A stretch of 64,000 nt of DNA from Bacillales bacterium UBA743 (lineage in GTDB: Bacteria > Bacillota_I > Bacilli_A > RFN20 > CAG-826). A model generated the notes under the pieces. The model did no database searches. It saw nothing but the letters and a program-made list of their open reading frames with translations, and was not told the origin of the DNA. Position numbers and translations under genes: made by a program. Location: NCBI GenBank assembly GCA_002297365.1, contig DBKT01000011.1, positions 18,650 through 82,649 of the forward strand, written 5' to 3'. Below, piece after piece: positions 26,619 to 35,444 of the stretch (the first letter of the stretch is position 1; the number at the start of each line of letters is the position of its first letter).

Positions 26619-29042
26619 TCATTTGAACTTAGACATATTGTCTAGACGTCCTTTAAGCTCATCGATTTCGCCCTCAAATGTTCTGATTTGTGAATCCAGT
26701 CTTGTTACGATGCCCTTACTTATGAAAAAGATGAGAAGAAAATTTATTGCTGCCACAACGAAAGGCGCCCACCAAATAAAATGGGGCACGTTGGTGATAT
26801 TTCCAAAGCATAACAAAAAAACTATTGGAGGTGCAAGAAGGGGCGAAACCGAAAACACCATAAACAGCCGTTTTGCGACGCTTTCTGTGTGTTCCTTGCG
26901 TCGTTCCAGTTGCCCTAATTCGTTTGATTTTTGAGAAAGATCATCTTCAACACCCGAAAAAATTTCGTTTTTAGTCATCTCAAGTTTGCTTTCCTCTTCT
27001 TGGGAAGGAATACCATTTGCCTTGCCTTCTGATAGGCAAAAAGGACAGGCTATTTGCTTTTTTTCATATACGGTTCCGCAACGAGTGCAGTAAACCAAAT
27101 CATCATACTTTGCAATATTAACTGTGTCGCACCCTTGCCGATGAGCCAACTCACCAAAGCTTTGCGCACTTCGATAACTCTTCTCGATGCCTATGCCTTT
27201 TTCGTAGTTTTCAGCAAGGATGGCTGAAGCTTCTCCACAGCCCAAATCGGAAGCCTTCCGAAAATAAAGATTGGCCGCTTGTGGATCTTTGAATATGCCA
27301 CGCCCTTTTAGGTAGCAAATGCCAGTCCAGTAATTGGCCGCTTTGTATCCAAGCTTCGCCGCATCAAAAAATGCCTTCAGTTTGAGGGATGCTTCCATGG
27401 GTTTTGGACCCTCGCGAAGAAGCCGTTTTTGATTCAATTCCCCTGCATCTATTTTCTTTTGCAAGTAGGCTCTAAGATAGAACTCCCCCGCTAGCGTCAA
27501 AGAGGGCGATGTGCCGATTCCGATGTCGTAACATAGAGCCAGGTTCCATAAGGCGTTTGAATGCCCCAAAGAGTTTTCTTTGAGCTTTTCGAAAACATCC
27601 GGAATTTCCTTCAGCTCTTCTGGGGTAAGACGTTGGTTAATGAATTCTAAACTAGATTGTATGGTCTTTTGGGAAGACGTTCCCAGCAATACGGTTTTGT
27701 TATCCGAATCCAAAGACGAGGTGACGCACAGCTTTGTAATGAAGTTTTTAGGCCTTTCGTTTTTCGTTTTTTCAGAAGCTGCCGATAAAACGACATTTTG
27801 GAATCCGCTTGTCTCTGTTTCTGACTGTTTTGCATTTGATTTCGTTATCTTCTTTGATTCCGTCTCTTGGCTTCGACCAACGTCCTGGGAAGCAACACCG
27901 TAATGCTTTCTCGTCAAATATATAAGCAAAGCCACAATATGTTTGCAGGGGCTATGCCACCGCAAATAAGAAGGGCAGGAGCATCGGCAGTCGATTATTT
28001 GAGACTTATCGTTCGAAAGAAGAAGCTCGGTATCATAGACGTTTCCGTTTGATCCATGGACTTTAACAGCAAACCACGTCCCAGCGTCGTTAAACCGCAA
28101 ATCAAATAACCTCCCTTCGTTAACGTACTTCATCGCTTTTAGCGCCGTAACGTCCTTTTGGGATTCGTCCTTATGAGTCATGTATTGATAAATTTGCTCT
28201 GCGGAAAAGGAAGGAAAGAAAGAATCGGCGGTCTTAGAGTCCGTAACAGGTTTGGCCGCTCCCTGGTTCGGAATTGATCCATTTAGGCTCTTTAAAGCTT
28301 TTTTCGCTTGCGGGAAACCTAATTCAGCTGCTTCTTTGATAAGTGCTGCCCCTTCTTCTTTTTGGCCTCCGTTATACCTAAGAACGCCCAGTTGATACTT
28401 ACCCTCCGCACTTCCGCCATTCGCTGCTGTTTGAAAGAGGCTCAAAGCCTTTTTCATGTCCGGTTCCACGCCATATCCACGCAGAAAGCAATCCCCTAAA
28501 GCGCTTGCCGCTTCCATGAACCCGGCGGCAAAAGATAAAGTGAAGAAGGCCGCCGCCATTACGTCGTCTTCCTTCACCCCAGTTCCAGTCAAAAGGCAAA
28601 GACCGGCTTGGTAAGTGGCAATAGGATAGCCTTTTAAGGCGGCCTGGCTATAGGCCTCGTAGGTTGGAGTGAAGGGCACTATGTTTATCGCTTTTTCGTC
28701 AGGATCTTTTAGAATGATTTTCCCTTCATCCAATTGGGCTAGGGTCCAAGCCATTAGATAATGAGCATTGGCCAAATCGGGATCTTGTTTTGTTCCAATA
28801 CCGCAATCATAGCAAACGGCCAAATTCCAAAGCCCATTGGGATATCCCTGCGCTTTTTTCTCTAGAATTTGAAATAAGCCGGGTTCTTTTTTTAAAAGGT
28901 CGGACGATAGTTTTTTGCTGAGACATTCCTCTTGGGCGGGCGCCACTTCGGAAAAACCAATCGTCATCATGTATTTTCCATTAAGCCCATCGGTAACGGA
29001 TGGTGACCTAGATGGCCAAAGATTAATCACCGCTTTTTTCAT
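26619..29042 (-). CDS. Multidomain protein with two Sel1-repeat blocks, a SWIM zinc finger, a zinc ribbon, TM helices and a C-terminal coiled coil
   Basis: Sel1 blocks GLWNLAVCYDCGIGTKQD and ALWNLALCYDIGIGT. SWIM CRCSCPSYLRWHSPCKH. Zinc ribbon CTRCGTVY...CPFC. Hydrophobic LLAPPIVFLLCF...VVAAINFLLIFFI. Confidence 0.6.
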   Translation of the reverse strand: MKKAVINLWPSRSPSVTDGLNGKYMMTIGFSEVAPAQEECLSKKLSSDLLKKEPGLFQILEKKAQGYPNGLWNLAVCYDCGIGTKQDPDLANAHYLMAWTLAQLDEGKIILKDPDEKAINIVPFTPTYEAYSQAALKGYPIATYQAGLCLLTGTGVKEDDVMAAAFFTLSFAAGFMEAASALGDCFLRGYGVEPDMKKALSLFQTAANGGSAEGKYQLGVLRYNGGQKEEGAALIKEAAELGFPQAKKALKSLNGSIPNQGAAKPVTDSKTADSFFPSFSAEQIYQYMTHKDESQKDVTALKAMKYVNEGRLFDLRFNDAGTWFAVKVHGSNGNVYDTELLLSNDKSQIIDCRCSCPSYLRWHSPCKHIVALLIYLTRKHYGVASQDVGRSQETESKKITKSNAKQSETETSGFQNVVLSAASEKTKNERPKNFITKLCVTSSLDSDNKTVLLGTSSQKTIQSSLEFINQRLTPEELKEIPDVFEKLKENSLGHSNALWNLALCYDIGIGTSPSLTLAGEFYLRAYLQKKIDAGELNQKRLLREGPKPMEASLKLKAFFDAAKLGYKAANYWTGICYLKGRGIFKDPQAANLYFRKASDLGCGEASAILAENYEKGIGIEKSYRSAQSFGELAHRQGCDTVNIAKYDDLVYCTRCGTVYEKKQIACPFCLSEGKANGIPSQEEESKLEMTKNEIFSGVEDDLSQKSNELGQLERRKEHTESVAKRLFMVFSVSPLLAPPIVFLLCFGNITNVPHFIWWAPFVVAAINFLLIFFISKGIVTRLDSQIRTFEGEIDELKGRLDNMSKFK

Positions 29043-29361
29043 AACTTAGTCCTACTTTTTCCCAGAAAATCATTTTCTTTAATGTCGGTAAATTCGATTC
29101 ACTACCTTTTAGTCTAATTTAATTTCATCCTAGTAACTCTATGATCTTTGTTGAAGAAAGAATGGGCTCATTTCTTGATTGGCTTAAGCGACCCGTTCAA
29201 TTTTCATTTCTCCCAATAGAACTCCAACATTCAATTTCGTTTCAAATGATAACTATGGTGACGACCTCAAAATAGACGTTTCAATCGCATTTATAAACGA
29301 CAGTAATATTTATACACAAGAAAATCGCAAAAATAGATATAGTCAGGAGCGAATTAAAAAA

Positions 29362-29388
29362 AGCCCCGGAAGGCACAATTCCGGGGCT
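29362..29388 (-). terminator. Rho-independent terminator after kdgK
   Basis: AGCCCCGGA-loop-TCCGGGGCT 9-bp GC-rich stem. An A8 run on the + strand gives a U-tail on the minus transcript. Confidence 0.75.
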
Positions 29389-29416
29389 TATCACAGGAGT
29401 TCAAAAGAAATAAGAA

Positions 29417-30433
29417 TTAACGTTGGACACGGCCAGAGCCATCTCCATTGGCAAGTTTCTTCACCTCATCGACAGAGACGCAGTTATAGTCTCCTTCGAT
29501 GGAATGTTTCAAAGCGCTTGCGGCAATGGCGAATTCAATCGCATCTTGCGGATGATAATGATTCATCAAAGCGTAAATCATTCCGCCAGCAAAAGAATCT
29601 CCCCCGCCAACGCGGTCGATGATACGGAGGTTATATTCTCTAGATAAATAGGCGTTCCCATCGTAAAGCATGCCGCACCACTTGTTATCGCTTGCGGAGA
29701 TGGAAGTTCTCATCGTGATGGCGACGTATTTGAAGCCGAATTTGTCTTTAAGCTGTTTTGCAACCGAGACATACCCCTCTTTACTAAGTTTTCCAGAGAC
29801 GGTATCGGTGGCTTCGGCTTTGATGCCAAAGACATCGTTCGCATCGTCTTCATTTCCGAAAAGGACATCGACATATTGCATGAATTCGCTCATGATTTCA
29901 CGAGCCTTTTCTTTGCTCCAAAGCTTGTTGCGGTAGTTTAAATCGCAAGAAACGGTGACATGGTGTTTTTTGCAAGCAATCAAAGCTTGACGGGTGATTT
30001 CAACGACATTATCGCCCAAAGCTGGGGTGATTCCCGAGAAATGGAACCAGCTGACGCCCTCTAAAATCTTATCCCAGTCGTATTCTTCTGGCTTAGAAAG
30101 GGCAAATGCGCTATAGGCGCGGTCATAAATGACTTTGGAAGGTCTTTGGGAGGCGCCTTTCTCTAAGAAATAGATTCCTAAACGGTCTCCGCCTCTAATG
30201 ATCTTAGAGGTATCCACGCCATATCTTCTTAAAGAATTTAAAGCGGCTTGTCCGATTTCGTGGGACGGAAGTTTGCTAACGAATGCGGCATCAATTCCAT
30301 AATTGGCAAGGGATACGGCAACGTTTGCCTCTCCTCCTCCAAAAGTGGATTCCAAATGGTCGCATTCGACAAAACGCAGATAATTGTCTGGTTGGAGACG
30401 AAGCATGATTTCGCCTAAAGTAACTGCTTTCAT
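29417..30433 (-). CDS. kdgK: 2-dehydro-3-deoxygluconokinase (PfkB family)
   Basis: KdgK-like N-terminus MKAVTLGEIMLRL. PfkB motifs. ATG at 30433 with AAAGGA RBS. The track start at 30523 is an upstream extension overlapping eda. Confidence 0.85.
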   Translation of the reverse strand: MKAVTLGEIMLRLQPDNYLRFVECDHLESTFGGGEANVAVSLANYGIDAAFVSKLPSHEIGQAALNSLRRYGVDTSKIIRGGDRLGIYFLEKGASQRPSKVIYDRAYSAFALSKPEEYDWDKILEGVSWFHFSGITPALGDNVVEITRQALIACKKHHVTVSCDLNYRNKLWSKEKAREIMSEFMQYVDVLFGNEDDANDVFGIKAEATDTVSGKLSKEGYVSVAKQLKDKFGFKYVAITMRTSISASDNKWCGMLYDGNAYLSREYNLRIIDRVGGGDSFAGGMIYALMNHYHPQDAIEFAIAASALKHSIEGDYNCVSVDEVKKLANGDGSGRVQR

Positions 30434-30435
30434 AT

Positions 30436-31050
30436 TTATTTTCCTTTCACAAGCATAACGGCTTTCTTTGTATTTTCTTGGATTTCCTCGAAACTTCCTT
30501 TCATCATGAAGCTTCCACCGCAAGCGATGATATGAGGATAGGCAAGGTATTCCAGAATGTTTTCTTCATTGACTCCGCCTGTCGGCATGAAAGTCACTTG
30601 TGGGAATGGGCCATTTAAGGCTTTGATGGTTTTTAAGCCACCGTAATTCGATGCGGGGAAGAACTTAATCACATCAATGCCAAGCTCTAACGCTTTCATG
30701 ATCTCGGTTGGAGTGACGCATCCAGGAAGGTAAACGACTTTGTGGGCTTTGCAAACATTCGCGACTTCTTCGCTAAGCCCTGGGGAAACAATGAATTTCA
30801 CGCCAAGAGAAATAGCCTCCTCAGCTTGTTTGGCGTTAATGACCGTTCCTGCGCCAATTAAAGCCTCAGGGAATTTTTCGATGGCCAATTTGATCGCGTC
30901 TTTCGCACAAGCGGTGCGATAGGTGATTTCCGCAACAGGAAGACCGCCTTTGATAAGGGCTTCCATCGTTGGAATGGCGTCTTCGATTTTATGGATTGCC
31001 ACCACAGGCACCAAGCGATAGTGACGAATCTCTTCTAAAACATTTCCCAT
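30436..31050 (-). CDS. eda: 2-dehydro-3-deoxyphosphogluconate (KDPG) aldolase
   Basis: YRLVPVVAIHKIEDAIP...GGL.VAEIT typical Eda. RBS AGGAGA. Confidence 0.85.
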   Translation of the reverse strand: MGNVLEEIRHYRLVPVVAIHKIEDAIPTMEALIKGGLPVAEITYRTACAKDAIKLAIEKFPEALIGAGTVINAKQAEEAISLGVKFIVSPGLSEEVANVCKAHKVVYLPGCVTPTEIMKALELGIDVIKFFPASNYGGLKTIKALNGPFPQVTFMPTGGVNEENILEYLAYPHIIACGGSFMMKGSFEEIQENTKKAVMLVKGK

Positions 31051-31053
31051 ACA

Positions 31054-32382
31054 TTATTCTCCTAATAGTTTTTTGATATTTCCGTAAGAGATGTTGTAAG
31101 CAAGTTTCTTAGCGTCTTCTAAGAGATATTCCCCAGCATCGACTTTCTCCCCTAAGAAAGAAGAAAGAATTCTGCGGAAGAAATCGAATCTAGAATAAGA
31201 TGAGAAGGAGCGGGAATCGGTCAACATGCCAAGATTCGTTCCGATTGCGGCGTATTCCGAAACGATTTCAAGATTTCTCCTAACACCCAAGAGGGTATCA
31301 TTAAACCACCAGGCTGCACCCACGATAACATTGCGGAAAGCGCCAGAGATGCAAGCAACCTCGCGTAACATCTCAGGATTCAAAGAATAAAGGATGATGG
31401 TTGGTCTTTCTTCATCGCTAAGTTGATCCAAGAAATGGATGAGATCTTCAACATTAGCCCCTTCACCGATGACATCAAACCCCATGTCCACGCCAAGTTT
31501 CTTATACATTGGGGTGTTGATATTGCGAATGACAGAGAAATGAATTTGCATCAAGAGGCCTCTCTTTTTGTATTCTTTCATCAAGAAGACAAGAAGGTAG
31601 CCAAACAAGGAGTCTTTTTCTTCGCTAGTTAACGAGTCTCTCTTAAGATAAAGCGATTTTGCTTGCTCATAAGTCGCATACGCCTTCGGAAAAGAGCGGA
31701 AACCATGGTCAGTGATTTTGCAGCCCTTAGACTTAAAGAAATCAAGTCTCTCCTCTAGCGCTTTTTGGAAAGAATCCAGATCATTTAACGGATAGCCGAC
31801 AACTTTGCTGAGCTCTTCGATATATTTGGAATCGAAGTTATAAAGCTTATCTGGGCGGAAGGTCGGAGTGACATCCGTCTCATTTATCTTGCCGTGGTCT
31901 TTTAAATCTTCGGTTGGATCGTTGGTGGTTGCCACGAATTGAACGCGGAAGAGCTTCAAAAGTTTCTGAACGGAAAGCTCTTGAAGCTTCTTGTTTGCCT
32001 CGGCATAGATCTCCTCGGCGCTGTCCTTATTAAGTGGCTTATCGATGCCAAAAACCTGCTTAAGCTCGAAATGGGTCCAATAATAAAGAGGGTTGCCGAA
32101 TAATTGAGGCAGGATTTCCGCATAGTGAAGGAACTTCTCATGGAAAGAGGCATTGCCGGTGATGTAATATTCATCCACCCCGCACATTCTCATGGCTCTC
32201 CACTTGTAATGGTCGCCAGCAAGCCAAAGCTCACCAATGTCAGTGAATTTCTTATCGGCTTTGATGGCAGCCTGATCCAAATGGCAATGATAGTCGATAA
32301 TCGGCAAATCTTTAATGGACTCGTAGATCTTTTTGCTGGATTTTCCAGAAAGAAGAACGTTTTCCCCGAAAAATGAATTCAT
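31054..32382 (-). CDS. uxaC: Glucuronate isomerase
   Basis: IIDYHCHLD... UxaC signature near the N-terminus. 442 aa. Confidence 0.9.
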   Translation of the reverse strand: MNSFFGENVLLSGKSSKKIYESIKDLPIIDYHCHLDQAAIKADKKFTDIGELWLAGDHYKWRAMRMCGVDEYYITGNASFHEKFLHYAEILPQLFGNPLYYWTHFELKQVFGIDKPLNKDSAEEIYAEANKKLQELSVQKLLKLFRVQFVATTNDPTEDLKDHGKINETDVTPTFRPDKLYNFDSKYIEELSKVVGYPLNDLDSFQKALEERLDFFKSKGCKITDHGFRSFPKAYATYEQAKSLYLKRDSLTSEEKDSLFGYLLVFLMKEYKKRGLLMQIHFSVIRNINTPMYKKLGVDMGFDVIGEGANVEDLIHFLDQLSDEERPTIILYSLNPEMLREVACISGAFRNVIVGAAWWFNDTLLGVRRNLEIVSEYAAIGTNLGMLTDSRSFSSYSRFDFFRRILSSFLGEKVDAGEYLLEDAKKLAYNISYGNIKKLLGE

Positions 32383-32385
32383 AAA

Positions 32386-33237
32386 TCAAACTCCACTATA
32401 AGCGCTGAAGCCGCCATCAATTGGAAGAACGACACCAGTGATAAAGGAAGCGGCCTCGCTGTTAGAAAGGAAAAGCACGGCACCTAAAAGTTCATCTGGG
32501 GTGCCGAATCTTCCCATTGGGGTATTATTCAAAATCTTATGGGTTCTTTCGGTTGGAGTGCCATCCGGATTCCAAAGCAAAGCCTTATTTTGGGCGGTAG
32601 AGAAGAAGCCAGGAGCAATGGCGTTCACACGGATTCCGCTCTTAGCGAAATGGGTGGCAAGCCATTTGGTGAAATTGCTGACACCGGCTTTGGCTGCAGA
32701 ATAAGCAGGAATCTTGGTTAATGGGGTGAAAGCATTCATGGAAGAGATGTTTAAGATGGAGCATCCTTCTTTGCCAAGCATATCATTGGCGAACACTTGA
32801 GTAGGAAGCAAGGTACCAAGGATATTGAGATTGAAAACAAATTGGAATCCTTCGGTCTTTAAATCGAAAAAGGAGATGGTAGAAGAATCCACTTTTGGCT
32901 CATAGAACTCTTGGGAGGTAGATGCTTTTGGAGAATTTCCGCCGGCGCCATTGATAAGAATGTCGCATTTGCCGAAATCGGCAAGGATCGCTTGATGCGC
33001 TTTCTCAAGAGAGTCTTTATCTAGAACGTTGGCCTCATAGCCTTTTGCGATGCCACCAAGCGCACGAATTTCTTCGGCTTTGGCTTCAGCTGCAGAATAA
33101 TGCAAATCCAAAAGAGCCACTTTCGCATGGCAAAGAGCAAAAGCTCTCGCCATTTCGGAGCAAAGGACTCCTCCCGCTCCCGTAATCACAACAACTTTGT
33201 TGGAATAATCGACGAACAAAGGTAATTTTTTATCCAT
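32386..33237 (-). CDS. uxuB: SDR-family oxidoreductase, a probable short-chain-type D-mannonate oxidoreductase
   Basis: Rossmann VVVITGAGGVLC. The catalytic YxxxK motif is present as PAYSAAKAG. Its position between uxaC and uxuA supplies the one step missing from the pathway. Confidence 0.6.
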   Translation of the reverse strand: MDKKLPLFVDYSNKVVVITGAGGVLCSEMARAFALCHAKVALLDLHYSAAEAKAEEIRALGGIAKGYEANVLDKDSLEKAHQAILADFGKCDILINGAGGNSPKASTSQEFYEPKVDSSTISFFDLKTEGFQFVFNLNILGTLLPTQVFANDMLGKEGCSILNISSMNAFTPLTKIPAYSAAKAGVSNFTKWLATHFAKSGIRVNAIAPGFFSTAQNKALLWNPDGTPTERTHKILNNTPMGRFGTPDELLGAVLFLSNSEAASFITGVVLPIDGGFSAYSGV

Positions 33238-33257
33238 AATTTATTCAAGCCTTTCTT

Positions 33258-34301
33258 TTATTTTCCAAAGCGTTCGACCGCTTCGAATAAACCATTAATA
33301 TAAGCGCATCCAAGCGCACGATCATAAAGACCATATCCTGGTTTTTGATCTTCGCCCCAGATATTTCTTCCGTGATCGGGCCTCACATAGCCATCAAAGC
33401 CATTATCAACGAGGTTTTTCACGATAAGAGCCATATCCAAGGAACCGTATTTGGAGAAATGCCCCACTTCGGTGAAAGAATCCTTATCATCCGTGTATTT
33501 CACGTTTCTTAAATGGACAAAGTAGATCCTCCCCTCTTTGGCATATTTAGCAGCCATATGCGGGATATCATTCTTCCTTCCTGCCCCAAAGCTTCCAGTG
33601 CAAAGAGTCAAACCATTATGAATATCTGGAACAGCAGCAAAGAGCTTATCCAAATCTTCTTCATTGGAAATAATTCTTGGAAGGCCGAAGACGTCCCATG
33701 GCGGATCATCTGGGTGAATCGCCATATTGATGCCATATTGGTCGCAAATCGGCATGATTTGTTTCAAGAAATAGACAAGATTGGCAAACAATTGCTCATG
33801 AGAGACATGCTTGTATTTCTCCAGAAGATCTTGTAACTCATCCGGGGAATAAGATTCATCCCATCCAGGTAGGTGAAGATGTTTCGGATCGACCTTATCA
33901 AAATCATCGCGGGAATAGGAAAGAGCATTGCTTCCGTCGAATAGGACATGGTGCATATCTGTCCTAAGCCAATCGAAGACAGGCATGAAGTTATAGCAAA
34001 CGACTTTGACGCCGTTTTTCGCGCAAAGCTCAAGATTCTTCTTAAAAGCCTCGATATGCGCATCTCTTTTCTCCGTTCCCATCTTAATATCTTCGGAAAC
34101 CGGAATGGACTCGATGACTTCCATTTTCAGACCGTTCTTTTCGCAAGCCGCTTTCAGTTTCAAAAGAGAGGACTCTTCCCAAACTTCGCCGGCTTTTTTA
34201 TCATAGACGGAAGTAACGATCGTTGACATATTTGGTATTTGACGAATGTATTCCAAAGGGATGGAATCATTAAGGCCATACCAACGAAACGATAGTTTCA
34301 T
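33258..34301 (-). CDS. uxuA: Mannonate dehydratase
   Basis: MKLSFRWYG N-terminus typical of UxuA. 347 aa. Confidence 0.9.
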   Translation of the reverse strand: MKLSFRWYGLNDSIPLEYIRQIPNMSTIVTSVYDKKAGEVWEESSLLKLKAACEKNGLKMEVIESIPVSEDIKMGTEKRDAHIEAFKKNLELCAKNGVKVVCYNFMPVFDWLRTDMHHVLFDGSNALSYSRDDFDKVDPKHLHLPGWDESYSPDELQDLLEKYKHVSHEQLFANLVYFLKQIMPICDQYGINMAIHPDDPPWDVFGLPRIISNEEDLDKLFAAVPDIHNGLTLCTGSFGAGRKNDIPHMAAKYAKEGRIYFVHLRNVKYTDDKDSFTEVGHFSKYGSLDMALIVKNLVDNGFDGYVRPDHGRNIWGEDQKPGYGLYDRALGCAYINGLFEAVERFGK

Positions 34302-34324
34302 AATTTTTCTCCTAACAAAATTTA

Positions 34325-34361
34325 TTGTAAGCGCATACTTACAATATTGAATTGCAATATT
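34325..34361. promoter_or_regulatory. Operator-like inverted repeats in the uxuA/araC divergent region. TTGTAAG-N6-CTTACAA spans 34325-34344 and AATATTG-N5-CAATATT, which contains TTGCAAT, spans 34343-34361.
   Basis: Perfect 7-bp arms read from the sequence, 20-40 nt upstream of the uxuA start. Confidence 0.45.
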
Positions 34362-34532
34362 TTATGTTTTTCCTTGCATTATTTTATATATATTCCTTTG
34401 GAATAGCAACTTTTCAATTAGAAAACGCCTTTTAATGGATTTTGTTACTAGATATTGCAAACATAACATAATTAGATTGCGTTTTTATTTTTATATCCTA
34501 TAATCAAATCAAATCAAAAGAAGGTATTCATT

Positions 34533-35318
34533 ATGTTTTCTTTCGTAAAACAAGACGTAGATTTCTCCCATAAATTAGACTATGCATCCTCCCCAAAAGA
34601 TGAATATAGCAAACACATGCACGTTTTTTACGAGCTCATTCTTTTCGTAAGAGGCGATGTCGACTATCACGTTGAAGGAGAGACGAGACACCTCGAAAGC
34701 GGGGACATCATTTTGATGAACCCGGGCAAATTTCATTTCGCGACCGTAAACAAAGACGTCAGCTATGAACGCTACGTCTTTAAGTTCCCCGTTTCCTTTC
34801 TTCCTTCTTCCTTGCAAGAGAGGCTGAAAAACATGTGCCCTTTCTTTCCTAATAAAAGGAACGTGGAGTCTGCCGTTCGTGCTTTCGACACCTTTTATGA
34901 TCTCTATAACGATGAGGATCTGTATCTTCTTGCTCGATGCAAAATGCAAGAAATCATGGTCTATCTCGTAAACTCCAGAGGAAGCATTCCGGAGTTTCAG
35001 AATAACGACATCATCAGCGTTTTAATCGATTATATTGAGAACCATATCAAAGAGGATCTAGCGTTAGAGAATATCGCCAAGGATCTGCACTATTCGGAAT
35101 CCTATCTTTCGAACCAATTCAAGAAAGCGATGAAATGCTCTTTGATGAAATACATCCGTTCGAAGAAAATCGTTCTCGCCCAGCAAATGATTCGCGAAGG
35201 AAAGAAAGCGGTCGATGTTGCCGAAGAGCTGTCTTTTAATGACTACTCCACTTTCTACAGAAGTTATCTTAAGGTGACGGGGATCAGTCCTGCTGCCGAG
35301 AAGGGAAACAAACATTAG
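34533..35318 (+). CDS. AraC-family transcriptional regulator (cupin sensor plus HTH)
   Basis: C-terminal AraC HTH LALENIAKDLHYSESYLSNQFKK. Transcribed divergently from the uxu operon. Confidence 0.8.
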   Translation: MFSFVKQDVDFSHKLDYASSPKDEYSKHMHVFYELILFVRGDVDYHVEGETRHLESGDIILMNPGKFHFATVNKDVSYERYVFKFPVSFLPSSLQERLKNMCPFFPNKRNVESAVRAFDTFYDLYNDEDLYLLARCKMQEIMVYLVNSRGSIPEFQNNDIISVLIDYIENHIKEDLALENIAKDLHYSESYLSNQFKKAMKCSLMKYIRSKKIVLAQQMIREGKKAVDVAEELSFNDYSTFYRSYLKVTGISPAAEKGNKH

Positions 35319-35330
35319 TAATAATCATTT

Positions 35331-35373
35331 TTGCAATAAGTGAGAACCATTATTGCAATTTTAAGCGCTTACA
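35331..35373. promoter_or_regulatory. TTGCAATAA-N10-TTATTGCAA inverted repeat (35331-35358) followed by the cre-like site TTTAAGCGCTTACA (35360-35373), upstream of the transporter gene
   Basis: The cre consensus TGWAANCGNTNWCA is matched at 13 of 14 positions. The TTGCAAT motif recurs at 34352, 39256 and 39278. Confidence 0.45.
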
Positions 35374-35444
35374 TTGGTCTTTAAAATTTATAAGTTCATG
35401 AGGTTCATCCTCAATACGATTGTTAGGAATGGAGGTTTTCTTCT

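Noticed and set aside
34325-34344. Calling TTGTAAGCGCATACTTACAA a canonical CcpA cre
   Set aside because: The half-sites match cre but the spacer is 6 bp instead of 2. It is therefore reported only as an operator-like palindrome.
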